A stretch of DNA of 42,666 nt from Octopus bimaculoides. Taxonomy: Eukaryota. The notes beneath the pieces were generated by a model, which saw only the letters and a list, made by a program, of their open reading frames with translations, made no database searches and had not been told where the DNA came from. A program made the translations under genes and the position numbers. Below, in pieces: positions 10,481 to 23,205 of this stretch (positions within the stretch are counted from its first letter, which is position 1; each line of letters opens with the position of its first letter). The stretch is from contig NC_068981.1 in the NCBI RefSeq assembly GCF_001194135.2, positions 105,058,091 through 105,100,756 of the forward strand. Direction: 5' to 3'.

Positions 10481-11533
10481 AATAGGGATCTTTTCCCTTT
10501 GAACGACACATCGAGAAATTAATGTTTTGTAACTAAACACTTTCAAACTTCGGACACTGGTAGAATGTGTCATATAAGACATCTTTTACTCTTAGTGCTG
10601 TTGAGAAAAGTTTATATTTTTAAAGTTATTTCGTGTTAAAGTTGTCGTATTTCGGTAATTTCAACCAATCAATGACGTGCATTCAGCTGAATAAAATTAC
10701 TGCCGTTGTTTGTCAACAACAACTATCGGCGGTGTATATTTCGTTTGTCACTGTTATTTATAACACCGTTCGTGCGTTTGTACTGGTTTTAGCTTTAGGG
10801 TTTTAGGGTTAGGGTTTTAGGGTTAGGGTTTTCGGGTCAGGGTTAGGGATAGGGTTTTAGAGTTAGAGTTAGGGTTTTAGGCTCAGGGTTAGAGTTTTAG
10901 GGTTAGGGATAGGGTTTTAGAGTTAGGTTAGGGTTAGGTTTGGGTTAGGGTTTTAGGGTTAGGGTTTTAGGATTAGGGTTAGTGTTTTAGGATTAGGGTT
11001 AGGGTTTTAGTGTTAGGGTTAGGGTTTTAGGGTCAGGGTTGGGGTTTTAGGGTTAGGGGTAGGGTTAAGGTTTTAGGGTTACGGTTAGGGTTAGGGTTGG
11101 GGTTTTAAGGTTAGGATTAGGGTTGGGATTTTAGGGTTAGAGTTACGGAAAAATGTGAAAAATGAAGAAATTGGAGGAGGAGGGGAGCAAAAATTTCTTT
11201 CCGAAAAGAGTAACTGAAAAACAGGAAAAAAAACTAAAAGCTGTAGAAATGCACGAACGATTGTGGTGGTGCCATGAAGTAAACATGCTTCAGATACACA
11301 CGTTTATTCATACAAACGTAACTGAGATGAAATATGTCATAAATGACAATGACAAACGAAATATACACTGCCGGAAGTTGTTGTTGACAAACAAAAGCAG
11401 TAATTGTTTTCACCTCAATAGACGTCATTGGTTGGTTGAAATTACAGAAATACGACAACTTTAATACGAGATAACTTCGAAAATACACAATTTTCTCAAA
11501 AACACCAAGAGTAAATGATGTTTTATGTGACAC

Positions 11534-11535
<2 letters not shown>
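10481..11535. mobile_element. Foldback/MITE-like element with about 200-bp inverted arms (10565-10764 / 11335-11535) enclosing a telomere-like array
   Basis: Reverse complement of the right arm aligns with the left arm; right end interrupted by (TAGA)n. Confidence 0.8.
10787..11147 (+). repeat. Degenerate interstitial telomere-like array, TTAGGG alternating with TTTTAGGG
   Basis: Directly visible. Confidence 0.95.
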
Positions 11536-11567
<32 letters not shown>

Positions 11568-11611
11568 GGACAGTCAGACAGATATGTAGATAGAGAGAGA
11601 GGGAGAGAGAG

Positions 11612-12233
11612 AGAGGTTTCTTTTCAATTTGATGTGGTCAATTCATTGAAATTTCATTACAAAGCATTTTTCTCTTTTCTTTCTCCTTTTTTTCTTTCCA
11701 TTGTATACTTATCAACATAGTTGTAAATAAACACATTTTCTCACAAGGGCTGGCGACCTTTCAAAGATGTCAATTTTAGGAGTAGGATGGAGAAAGTATG
11801 AAAAGTGAGGAGAGTGCAGTCATCACTGAAGAATAAAAAAAAGTTCAAAGTTCAAAGTTTTATGAAAATGTATCTTCCTTTACACTTATATAGTCAAATC
11901 CCATATTCTGTGTAATTCCATGTTTTGCATGAACAAACATTAAATATTAGTACAATATTCATAAATTAGGAAAATAAAGTCAGAATATAAAAAAATAATT
12001 TTGGTACTGTTCACAATTCAATATATTCTCTATGTACATTTAATCAAACATCATGAGTAGTGTACATATATAGTATATATAGCTGGAAGCAACTCTACAG
12101 GATATCTTTGTCCTTGTGAGAAAATGTCTTTATTTACAAATATGTTGATAGGTAGACAATGGAAAAAAAAAAGAAAGGAGAAAGAGAAGAGAAAATGCTT
12201 TGTAATGAAATTTCAAATTGAATAGAAACCTCT
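11612..12233. mobile_element. MITE with about 125-140-bp TIRs (AGAGGTTTC...GAAACCTCT)
   Basis: 11612-11750 matches the reverse complement of 12111-12233, with one insertion in the left arm. Confidence 0.75.
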
Positions 12234-12820
12234 ATTGAAACTATTCTGTTGAGCACAACCCTTCACAGCTTAAAGTTTCTCAAACGGTTCACTTATAACT
12301 GTACTCAATAGTTCATGAAAAATTACCTACTTTGACAAACTGATTGTTTTCGTATCCAGCACCGTATGCCATCGAGCATCACACAACTTCAAATCTTTCG
12401 GCCTCCCAAACTGCATCCGATCCTATTGTACCATAGCCAAAAAGGCTCTCTTCCATCTACATTCACTACCCGTTTTACACGCCCCTGAAAAATCTCCTCC
12501 AAAACTATTGTCTTCAACTCCACCAAGTTCACCTTAATACGTACATACTAAACGGGAAAATACCACTGCTCGTTTCAAATTAACAAAGAAACTGGTCCTT
12601 ACTCCTTCCATTATCCTCAAACAGTTCACCCCAGAGCTGAAGATTTCGTTGAGTATAGACGCTCAAACTCTTTTTTCTTTCTTCTTCTCTCCTTCTCGGG
12701 ATATTTCTTGATCTCTGGAAAGATGTTGCAGAGTTCCCCATTCTCAAGGGCAACCCTTCTGACTAACTACAACCTTGTCTTATAAATACAGCCATTAACA
12801 ACCATCTCAAACACCTTGAA

Positions 12821-12822
<2 letters not shown>

Positions 12823-12872
<50 letters not shown>

Positions 12873-12982
12873 CCCTCTCTCTCTCCCTCTCTCTCTCTCT
12901 CCCTCTATCTATCTGTCTATCTATCTATCTCACTCTATCTCTAACTCTCTCTATCTCTCTCTCTCTATCTATCTATCTATCT
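12823..12982. repeat. (TC)n/(TCTA)n microsatellite
   Basis: Directly visible. Confidence 0.95.
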
Positions 12983-13059
12983 AGATACACATACACACAC
13001 ATTTACTTTCTCTTTCCGTAATGACAACAAAAAGCCAGATTTACTGACCACCTATTCGT

Positions 13060-13400
13060 TAATGTGACTCACTAGTGGCTCTTACCTCGAAAAGTTTGGA
13101 TTAACATAGTCCGAAATCAGAAAAACTTTTGATCATGGTATGACATGCTTCTGGAATCACTAGTTTCTTGTCAGATCGCACGATCTCGCTAGCATACATT
13201 CTCTCAATTCTGGTGTTCCCTAGTGTCCAATTTTCCTTTCACATTATTCTACCTATACGAGTACACCAACGGCCGACTTGCCCTCATGTCGAACATCACC
13301 AACTTCCACACAGATATGATACCGCACTTCATTTCTCTTTAACCTTCTGCACCTAAGCGTTAGCCACATGCAACTTTGATATCTCACACTAAATCTGCAC
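13060..13400 (+). mobile_element. Decayed CR1/Jockey-group LINE RT fragment
   Basis: EIRKTFD (ISKAFD), LSDRTIS, NSGVP*, TLFYLY, YDTALHFS (YADDTxLHxS) in the correct order. Confidence 0.6.
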
Positions 13401-13663
13401 TGATTCCATGAAGAGAAACCGCAAGAACATATTCCAAATGAGTCGTCTTAATCTTATCTCTTTCGGCAGCGAAAACACGCAATCACTGCATATATCAGAA
13501 ATACATGATCACAAACTCACCTTAAACATGAGCAGCACGCAACTGGAGCCTTTGTGATAGTTTCAAATGTGATTGTTTCAAATACATCTCTCTTGATGTA
13601 TGCACATCCTTAAAATATATGGTTAGTGATACCAACTGTACAAATACGTTCATATACAGGCAT

Positions 13664-13699
<36 letters not shown>

Positions 13700-15821
13700 T
13701 TAGCACAAACCGAAACATGCACGTACATATACATACACGTACAGATACAAGTACACAGACATGTACATACATATATATNNNNNNNNNNNNNNNNNNNNNN
13801 NNNNNNNNNNNNNNNNNNNNNNNNNNNNNNNNNNNNNNNNNNNNNNNNNNNNNNNNNNNNNNNNNNNNNNNNNNNNNNNNNNNNNNNNNNNNNNNNNNNN
13901 NNNNNNNNNNNNNNNNNNNNNNNNNNNNNNNNNNNNNNNNNNNNNNNNNNNNNNNNNNNNNNNNNNNNNNNNNNNNNNNNNNNNNNNNNNNNNNNNNNNN
14001 NNNNNNNNNNNNNNNNNNNNNNNNNNNNNNNNNNNNNNNNNNNNNNNNNNNNNNNNNNNNNNNNNNNNNNNNNNNNNNNNNNNNNNNNNNNNNNNNNNNN
14101 NNNNNNNNNNNNNNNNNNNNNNNNNNNNNNNNNNNNNNNNNNNNNNNNNNNNNNNNNNNNNNNNNNNNNNNNNNNNNNNNNNNNNNNNNNNNNNNNNNNN
14201 NNNNNNNNNNNNNNNNNNNNNNNNNNNNNNNNNNNNNNNNNNNNNNNNNNNNNNNNNNNNNNNNNNNNNNNNNNNNNNNNNNNNNNNNNNNNNNNNNNNN
14301 NNNNNNNNNNNNNNNNNNNNNNNNNNNNNNNNNNNNNNNNNNNNNNNNNNNNNNNNNNNNNNNNNNNNNNNNNNNNNNNNNNNNNNNNNNNNNNNNNNNN
14401 NNNNNNNNNNNNNNNNNNNNNNNNNNNNNNNNNNNNNNNNNNNNNNNNNNNNNNNNNNNNNNNNNNNNNNNNNNNNNNNNNNNNNNNNNNNNNNNNNNNN
14501 NNNNNNNNNNNNNNNNNNNNNNNNNNNNNNNNNNNNNNNNNNNNNNNNNNNNNNNNNNNNNNNNNNNNNNNNNNNNNNNNNNNNNNNNNNNNNNNNNNNN
14601 NNNNNNNNNNNNNNNNNNNNNNNNNNNNNNNNNNNNNNNNNNNNNNNNNNNNNNNNNNNNNNNNNNNNNNNNATATATACATGTATATGAACTCATATAC
14701 ATGTTTGTTTAATCCAGAAATGTGCCTTGCGGGAATTAGTTCGATCAGTTAAACCCTTCGACTTCCAACATAATGTCTTTATCCGTGTACAAATATGAGA
14801 AGCTAATACTCGCCAACAAGGGTGTCTCTACCTTGCCGTTTGATCATTTGCTGCTACCATAAAAAGAAAAGGTAGCCATTTGTCAATGATCTTTTTCTTC
14901 CTTAATTTTCAAAATTTGGTAGGCGTATACGTTAACTACCATGATTATAGCTGTTAATCCCTCCCACTTTTCCAGAGCTAGCAATTTGTGATCACTAGTA
15001 AAGAATGTTTGCAAAAATATATTACTCAAAAATATTGGGGGCCCAAGGTCAGTTCTGATCAAGTATTCTTACGTAAAAGACTTTCTAGCAGTGAGTATCC
15101 AGTCTTTTTTAGACATGTTAGATTTGCAATATATTTTTTCAGACAACAATACAGTCTGAAAAGGGGATGGGATAGTTACGGTCGGATATCTTTTACCATA
15201 GGATTATTCGATCAAAATTGACCTAATGTTATACATAAAAAACAATGAGATATGCAAATGTATTTTTAAATGTTGCGATTGTGTACAGCAATGCGTTTAA
15301 GAAACCGCCAGACATTACCTTTCTTTAGCGACAAAAATTTTCAATCACATACGAGTGTTTGTAAGTTTGAGGTTACGCCTTCATCGTTACCAACTTGTGG
15401 ATTTTCTAATTGTATGAATGTGATGGTGTTTACTCGAATTTACCATCACAAACGTCAACAACATCGTCAATAGCAGCGTCAATGTTGTCATGGGTACTGT
15501 TCATGTTGTTGAAGTGAATGATGATGTCGATAATGAGGATGTGAAGACCTTGTAAAGGTAGTGGCGGTGTTGAAATAGTTGGATATATTGGTGACATAGC
15601 GATGATGGTGAACTCGGTGGGGAGCTTGGTGGTTATTTGGTGCCTGTGTTGTTCAATGGACTCCATAGGTTACGCAAAATTATCTAATTTTACCAATTAA
15701 AAATTCAGAAAACATATTGAAAACATAACTGTCCTTATATTATTAAAATTTTGGTATATCTTAGCATATTTTTTCTCCATTTAGTTGCTTCATAAAGGAA
15801 GCCGGTAAGTTCCCTTCATTG

Positions 15822-15877
<56 letters not shown>

Positions 15878-16049
15878 ACACACTGAATTTTTCGGATGAT
15901 CGTTATTCTGCACATGTGTTTTTCTCTTAAAAATCCTAAAGTGCAGGCGAGGTGGTGTGATTAGGAAACTCGCTTTGCACATGTTTTCGGGTTCACTCCG
16001 ACTGATAGATACCTTAGGCAATTATCTTCTACTACAGCCCCATACATAC

Positions 16050-16082
16050 ATACATACATACATACATACATACATACATACA

Positions 16083-16112
<30 letters not shown>
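16050..16112. repeat. (TACA)n microsatellite
   Basis: Directly visible. Confidence 0.95.
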
Positions 16113-16113
<1 letters not shown>

Positions 16114-16239
16114 GCGTCTTCGTCTCCCGTCGCTTCTCACTTGTTGTTGGGTTGTTTGCATCTCTTTGGTAGTTCCAATAACTACCAAATTTAATTTAAT
16201 CGATTCCTTCAAGAGGAACCTCAGCAAAGCTAATGCCCA

Positions 16240-17990
16240 GTGGCAGAAACAAATAAAAGAATAAAACAAAGTGTTTAGTGTCTCTATATTTATCTGGGAA
16301 CAGTTTCCCAAGGAAACCAGCCTCTCTACTGTAGCTGAGGAATGATGTAGTGATAGCTGGCTTAACGTTAATGTTGAGATAAATGAGAAATGAAACTTAT
16401 CGACACATTTTTCTTGAGAAATATAATACCAGTATTTAGCTGGTTCTGAAATTACATTCGCTGGCAAAGTTAACACACGTCATTCTCTATTGATTATTTC
16501 GGGCTCTTTTCCCTCAATAATATTAGGAAATTTTCTTGACCAATGGGATAACTGAAAGTGACGACGGTCCTTGGGTTAGATTTATTATATTCCAAATAGC
16601 TGCAAGTTAGTGAACGTACCGGGCGATGAAAACTGTTTGTACATTTCTTTATATAGTTTAACATAAAAATTCAATGCCTTATGCTGAAATTTTTTGAATT
16701 TTCATTGGATTCTTGGAGAGTATTCTTGAAAGTTGCATTTATTTCTTGCTCCGCGAAATATTTGGCCCAAGGGAAGGTAAACTGAAGAATCATTGGTGCT
16801 AAACTTACATAAATATGAACTTCTCTTTCACTAAAATTCACCAAGCCTATGCATTCTATAGCTCTCTGGCTAAAATTTTAAAGTTTTATGTTTAATATTG
16901 CAGAATAAAAGTTTCAGAATGAAAAATGCATTTTCATAATTAGTATTGTAGATTTAGTATTGTAGATATTGAAATTATCCCAACCTAAATATCTTGATGA
17001 AGTAAAAAAAAATAAGATATGTGTTGGACATTGATCCAGTAGTGTTTCTAACATTCGCTGATGTAATAACCACTTAGAATAATAGTTTTTATTTTGGCAT
17101 CAATCTGGATGTATTCCTGAAATTCTGCCTATTCAGATAATCTCTTCTGGAGAGTTTTGATAAATATCAATATTAAAAAATTTCTGGTCAGCTCATGTAA
17201 GCAACTTTGAAGCTCAGAACATTCCTAATACGTTTTAAATGGTATACACAGCTTTGTATAAAGAGACAAGGCGCCTTCTGCTTCAAAAGATTTTTGAAAA
17301 TCACTTTTTGATCCCATCATTATACTTATATTTTATCACTTACAAAGTGTAGCAGATGTTTATAATAGGATGCCAAGTTTTTCTAAAAAAAATTTTCTAT
17401 GTAATCATATATACCTTCAGCATTTACAATACTTGATGTATTAAAAAACTTGTCAGTTGTTTTTCTGTCAATATAGCTATCATAAGAAAACTTTTTGTAG
17501 ATATATCTATATTTTCATCTATGATTAATGAAAATTTAACATTCTTTAATTGTATTTCTTCCCATTGACTTTAAAAAAATAGCCGTTCCTTTTGCTCTTA
17601 CACATGAAGTTCCCTTGGCAATTTTAGAATTAGGTTATATATCAGATAAAACATGTGCAAGATTATCTAGTATAAAATAGGGAGATAGTGTTCCACTACA
17701 TTTTTTATTCAATGGAAACCACATGAAACTTATAGGAAATAGAAAGCCACAAGAAATCAGTTATTTTAAACATCTGGGCACTTGCTTTATTATCGAGATG
17801 TCGAGATGCTTTAAAATATGGTGACATTCTTTGATAAGTCACAACTACACAGTTTTTAGAATTTCTGATTTAAATTTTTCGAACTTCAACCACAACTGAA
17901 TTTAGAATCGTTAAGCGATTTTTATGCCAATTGACATTTCCTGTTTGCAAATAGGTTTATACAGGTGTACTTTCTTGTGTGGGCTTTCTC
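16240..17990 (-). pseudogene. hAT-superfamily transposase pseudogene (multiple stops and frameshifts)
   Basis: NSKIAKGTSCVRAKGTAI, FSLIIDENIDIST (catalytic D), QSCVYH (CxxH), EFQEY, KWL...LLDQ (RW), FPNIIE, and C-terminal dimerisation motif LSLHHSSATVERLVS (in ORF 15961-16476). Confidence 0.85.
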
Positions 17991-18235
17991 CTAAATCACT
18001 TTCTTTCTCTACTTTTCTCAAATTTTATGATCTGCAGATTAAGGTAAATGTAAATAAATGAAATTATAAATATTAAACACAAAAAATGTCTCCAATGAAT
18101 ACTGACGTTTACAAGTCACAAATCTTGAAACCATAGCAATAGCTTAGCTTTGAATGAAATGATCTGCTCAATGAACCCTTATAAAACATATCAAAATATT
18201 TGGACAAAAAACTCGCGGTTGTCTATTGGTAGAAT

Positions 18236-18659
18236 TGTTATAGAGTCTGTCCGGTATTTCTTCTGGCTCTTTTCGTTCTGAGTTCTAATTTCGCCGAGGT
18301 CAACTTTGTCTTCCGTCCTTCCGAAGGCGATAAAAATCAAGTATCAAGGTTGATGGTATTCACAAATCCCCTTCCCTCAAAATAACTGAACGTGTGTCTC
18401 AATTAGACAGAAATTATTATTGTCAGCGAACCGGCAGAGCCATTAGAGTGTCGGAAAAGGTACATTGCAGTATTTGTTCTGCTTCTTAACATTTCGAGTT
18501 CAAATCCTGTCAAGTACTGGTGTTGATCTAATCAACTAAACTCTCTTCTCAAAAATTACTGGTCTTATGCCTACATTGGTTTCAAGAATGTAAAGTGGGA
18601 CGAAACATGCTAAACAATTGGCCCGGCATGGTAAGTATTCTGCCAGCTCACTGCCTTGT
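18236..18659. mobile_element. Cluster of degraded SINE family 1 pieces (+ 18236-18352, + 18425-18575, - 18600-18659)
   Basis: B-box GAGTTC(T/A)AAT and head/body matches to intact copies. Confidence 0.65.
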
Positions 18660-18677
18660 CTACTTATGCCTTTATTG

Positions 18678-18887
18678 ATTTCAAATTTTGGCACAAGGCC
18701 AGAAATTTCGGAGAGGTGGCAAGTCGATTACATAGAACCCAGTGTTCAACTAGTACTTATTTTATCGATCCCGATGGGATGAAAGGCAAGGTCGACCTCG
18801 GCATAATTTGAACTCAGAACGCAAAGACGGACGAAAAGTCGTTAAGCATTTTGCCCGACGTGCTAACAATTCCGCCTGTTCGCCGCC
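18678..18887 (-). mobile_element. SINE family 1, full length
   Basis: Aligns end to end with 42339-42560. Confidence 0.9.
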
Positions 18888-19217
18888 TAATGTATTTACA
18901 CCTGGATTGAAAACAGTTATTACAAGGCCAATTTTCACATAAACAAAGCAATAATTTTGAAGATGTTTTATTTAGTCGTGAAATTAGTTAATTAACAAAA
19001 TTCACCATAGTTCAAGGAAGTTCAATTAAATTAAATTTGGTAGAACCATATTTATCAGATCTGATTTTTATAAAGTACCAGAATTGGTTTTCCAGTCTGG
19101 TGCTGATAGTTTTATTGAAGTTTGGTGTGTTGATAATGGTAATGGAGATGTAGTAAACAGATGATTGCGTTAGCAGTAGATATAATGGTAATGGTGATTG
19201 TGCTAGAATGATGATGG

Positions 19218-19280
19218 CGGTGATGATGATGATGATGAGGAGGAGGAGGAGGAGGAGGAGGAGGAGGGGGAGGAGGAGGA
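19218..19280. repeat. (GAT)n(GGA)n trinucleotide microsatellite
   Basis: Directly visible. Confidence 0.95.
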
Positions 19281-19609
19281 TAATGATACAGCAAACACAT
19301 TTAATGTCATAGCAGACTGTGGAATAAAGTGGATGGCCACAAATGGAATGTGTTTGATTAGGACATTTGAATATCTCAATCAGAAATGAGCTCTGAGTTA
19401 ACAACAATAACAACGAATCTCTTGTACAAAAGAAAAAAACAAGCATTCAACTTGTCTAACAACTGCAAATACATTCATTTATTTCAAAGACACGAGTACC
19501 CTTATTTTTGGTGGGTGGGGGGACCGTGGATCCTTGTTATTTGTATGTTGATTTCATGGGCAATATTTTCTAGTCAATGAATAAAGAATGAAAAGTCTGA
19601 GACCAAGAA

Positions 19610-19775
19610 ACAACACACATACACACACACACTCAAACACATGCACGCGCACACACATGCATACATACACACGCACATATATACACATAAACACTCGGAC
19701 ATACAAACACGCAGAAGCACAAACACACACACGGGTACACACACAAACACATTCACACACATTCACACACACACA

Positions 19776-19837
<62 letters not shown>

Positions 19838-19850
19838 TGCACACACAAAT
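19610..19850. repeat. (CA)n/(TC)n compound microsatellite
   Basis: Directly visible. Confidence 0.95.
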
Positions 19851-20042
19851 ATGTAAATTCGGAATTTAAATGCAGTACTGAATCAGAAAATGTATCTCTT
19901 ATTGTAAAAGAGAAATGCTACAACTGAAATCTTACTTCAATACGTACTTCCAAGAGTGGAAATGGAAGATGTTATTCTTCCTGGGAATGAAAGCTCGTTG
20001 CAAATTTCAGTATCACCATAGCACGACAAGTACTATATCTCT

Positions 20043-20475
20043 GGTTTCAAATTTTGGCACAGAGCAATTATAGGGAAGGGGTAGTGTCGAATAAATCGCC
20101 CCCAGTACCAGGTTGGCGTTTTATTTTGTCGACCCCGAGTGGATGTAAAATAAAGTCAACCTCGGAACGTAAAGAGTCTAATAGAAACGCGGCTAAGCAT
20201 TTTGTCCGACCTGCTAACGGTTCTGACAGCTTGCCGCCTTTACTTCTGGCAAAACATATAATCTACTACATTGGCAATAAATATTGGTTTCAAATTTTGG
20301 CACAAGGCCAGCAATTTCGGGGAGGGGGTAAGTCGATTACATCGACCTCAGTATACAACTGGTACTTGTCTCATCATTTGAGATGAAAGGCAAAGTCGAC
20401 CTCAGAACATAAAGACAGATGAGATGCACGTAAGCATTTTGCCTGGCGAGCCAACATTCTGCCAACTCACCGTCT
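20043..20475 (-). mobile_element. Two tandem SINE family 1 copies (20043-20238, 20286-20475)
   Basis: Both begin TGGTTTCAAATTTTGGCACA on + and end in the head region. Confidence 0.85.
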
Positions 20476-20879
20476 TTATCTCTGACGAAATATATTGTAT
20501 TGGCAATAAATATTAAATCTTTTTAGTAATTTAAGTAATGACATTTAACGACACTAATTGGAGACAGAAAAGAAAACTAGACACTATGGTTTCGTCTGCG
20601 AGCTTGTTTCTCATTTCTGTCACAAGTTGATTCTTATCAAGTCTAATATCTCTCTTTGAGTTCTAAGTCATAGCAGTTAATTCATTCGTAATAGCTATGT
20701 AATCTTTTTTTTAACGAAAAATACAATAAGGAAGTGATATATATATATATATATATATATTCTTTTAAAGTTTAATTTGACTCTCCACCTGCTCCATGGC
20801 AAGACAATAAAGGAAAGATACACCTACGCACACACACGACCGCTCACGCACGTAAATAGATAGGTTTATACATATGAGT

Positions 20880-21170
20880 GAGTGTATGTGTGTAGGTGTG
20901 TGTGTATGTACATGTATGCATGCATGTATGTACGTATGTATGTATGTATGTATGTATTATGTGTGCATATATGTATGTAGGTAGGTATGCATGTATGTAT
21001 GAATGTATGTACACGTATGTATGCACGTATGTATGTACATGTCTGTATGCATGTATGTATACACATTAATGTATATATGTACGTGATCTATATATGCATA
21101 CATATGTATGTACGTATGTAGGTATGTATGTATACATGTATGTATCTACATGTATGTATGTACGTATGAG
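20880..21170. repeat. Degenerate (TATG)n tract
   Basis: Directly visible. Confidence 0.9.
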
Positions 21171-21827
21171 AAAAAAAGCTTCTCATTTTCTTCATTCTTT
21201 ACACAACTATTTACCCTTAAAACCTTAAGAAGGGCTTGTAATTTATATTATCCTAACTGTAGTGATCATCGATAGCGGGAAGACTATAGACCTACCTTCT
21301 ATCTTCAGACTCTTAATTAATAGTCCATAGATTTCTTCTTTCACCCGTGAGTCATTAATCTTATTTCTCCTGTAATTCATTAATCTTCCTCGCGTTTGAC
21401 GTCAAGTGGGAAGCTTATTTCTACATGTGTCGTTATTTTGTGGTCTTAAATAACAGCATATGTAAATGTGTGTGTGTGTGCTCGCATACATACATATATA
21501 GTCATGTATGTATGTATGTATGTATGTATGTATGTATGTATGAATGTATGTATGTATGTATATATGTATGTATGTATGCATGAATATTTGTATGTATGTA
21601 TCTCAATAATCACACATATGCAGATTAATATGTAGGTGCTGAGAATTCAACCACAACTGTTCTCCAAAGAAATATTGTTATCCAAGTACTTCGTAGAAGT
21701 ACTCCAAACTAAGTATTTACAATCTCACTAGAAATAATGACAACAATTAAAGGAGAAAATACGAAAAAATATTAACAAAATGTGCGACAAATATTAATAT
21801 TTGTCTCTGTATGTGTGTTGATCCCAA

Positions 21828-22300
21828 ATTCCTCCCACTGTCACTGCCGCAACTTCGCGCGCTTCAATGTACAACCTGCGCAAAAGGGGAGACTTGCTTT
21901 CAAGGAAAGCTTTGCAAGCCTCTTTTTCTTTGCTAAAAAGGAAATTTTAACTTCCTAGTTAAACCAGGGCATTCTTTTGCCACTTGGCGCCTCACCAAGC
22001 CGCTTTCTCAACAGCATTTTACAACCGAACAAGAAACTGCCAAACAAAGCAATCTCCACTCCGTTTCGACATCCTCATTCTGTTCAGAAAGGTCTATGAA
22101 TTTGAATGCAGTAGTCCGCATATTTGTTTCTGACTCTATCATCCACCTAGGTTTTCCACTTTATCTTGTAAGTCACACTAAACTGCCCGCCTTTGTGGGT
22201 TTCCCTTGCTGGACATAGCCTCAAGTTATAAACAAATAGGTGTCAATCAGTATGTAGATCCACCCCTCTCTTTACACGAACGTCCAACACAGAATCAAAG
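21828..22300 (-). mobile_element. RTE-clade LINE fragment: APE endonuclease end and linker, inverted
   Basis: SVLDVRVKRGVDLHTD*HLFV (TDHHLV motif); KRMPWFN*EVK...AKKK...YIEAREVAA. Confidence 0.8.
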
Positions 22301-22390
22301 AAGCTTACCATACACCAACTTCTTAACAAGGAACCTTTCCCTGCCTGCCTTTAAAAATTTGGTTGGGGTCCTTCTCTAAATAGAAAAGAG

Positions 22391-23205
22391 CATTTTTGAG
22401 AGATGGAGAGAATACTTCTCTGATCTTCTAAAGCTAGTCATGATAAAATCTTCTGGTGGACACGAAATGCATCTAGAGGTGAAGACTAATCTCACAAAGG
22501 CTAAAGTCATAGAGGCGATTAACGTGCTCAAACTTAGCAGTGCCACTGGGGATAAAATTCGCCTGAGATGATAAAAGCCTTAAATAGAGAAGATATTCTG
22601 TAGTTGACAGTATATACCAAGTGGCTTCGACCTCCGGAAAGATACCACAGCAATAGCAATCCCAATTTTTAAAAAGAGGGACATGAGAGAGTACTTTAAT
22701 TATAGAAGAATCTCCTTGTTTAGCCTCCTCGCTAAAGTTACGCTAGGTGTCCAAGCTATCCGAAGAACAGTGTGGGGTGGGGGTTGCAAGATTTTGGAAG
22801 TGCATATTGTCACCTCTCTTTTCATTGGATTGACATGCGCAGCTGTTGTGGAAGTGGTATCATAATCGGTGGGTATAGAGTAGGTCGGCTGTTATTTCGA
22901 CGTCATGGTTCCACTTGGCTCATCAGAAGATTATCTCCAGCATGCCTAGTACTGCAAGGCAGCGATGAGAAAATACATCTCAGAAAATACAGAATTGTAA
23001 CTATGAGAATTAGAGTTGCGAAGACTAAGATATTGATTTTCTCAATAAAGCCTTCCCAATGCACTCTGTTTGTTAGTGGCACGTCACTGAGGCAAATGGT
23101 AATGTTTAAGTATCTCGGGGCCGTATTCACGTGTGTTAGAAAGTAAGAGGTTGAATTGGATACTGGAATTGTAGGTGCTGGCACAGTAACGAGCTATGTG
23201 GAAAA
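22391..23205 (+). mobile_element. RTE-clade LINE fragment: RT region with internal deletion
   Basis: ERWREYFSDLL, IRPEMIKALN, IPIFKKRDMREYFNYRRISLFSLLAKV, MRIRVAKTKIL...FKYLGAVFT. Confidence 0.9.

Noticed and set aside
10787-11147. True telomere or chromosome end
   Set aside because: Degenerate, short, internal and enclosed by inverted arms
12240-12820. C-rich stretch that looks like retroelement debris
   Set aside because: No diagnostic motif recovered in manual translation
13522-14752. Long ORFs of 300-386 aa (and similar ones at 5.0-5.6, 23.3-23.6, 30.0-30.7 and 31.3-32.0 kb)
   Set aside because: They run through N gaps (poly-X) and microsatellites; artefacts
19200-19390. Acidic D/E-rich plus-strand frame as a possible exon
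   Set aside because: Driven by (GAT)n(GGA)n; no polypyrimidine acceptor or start
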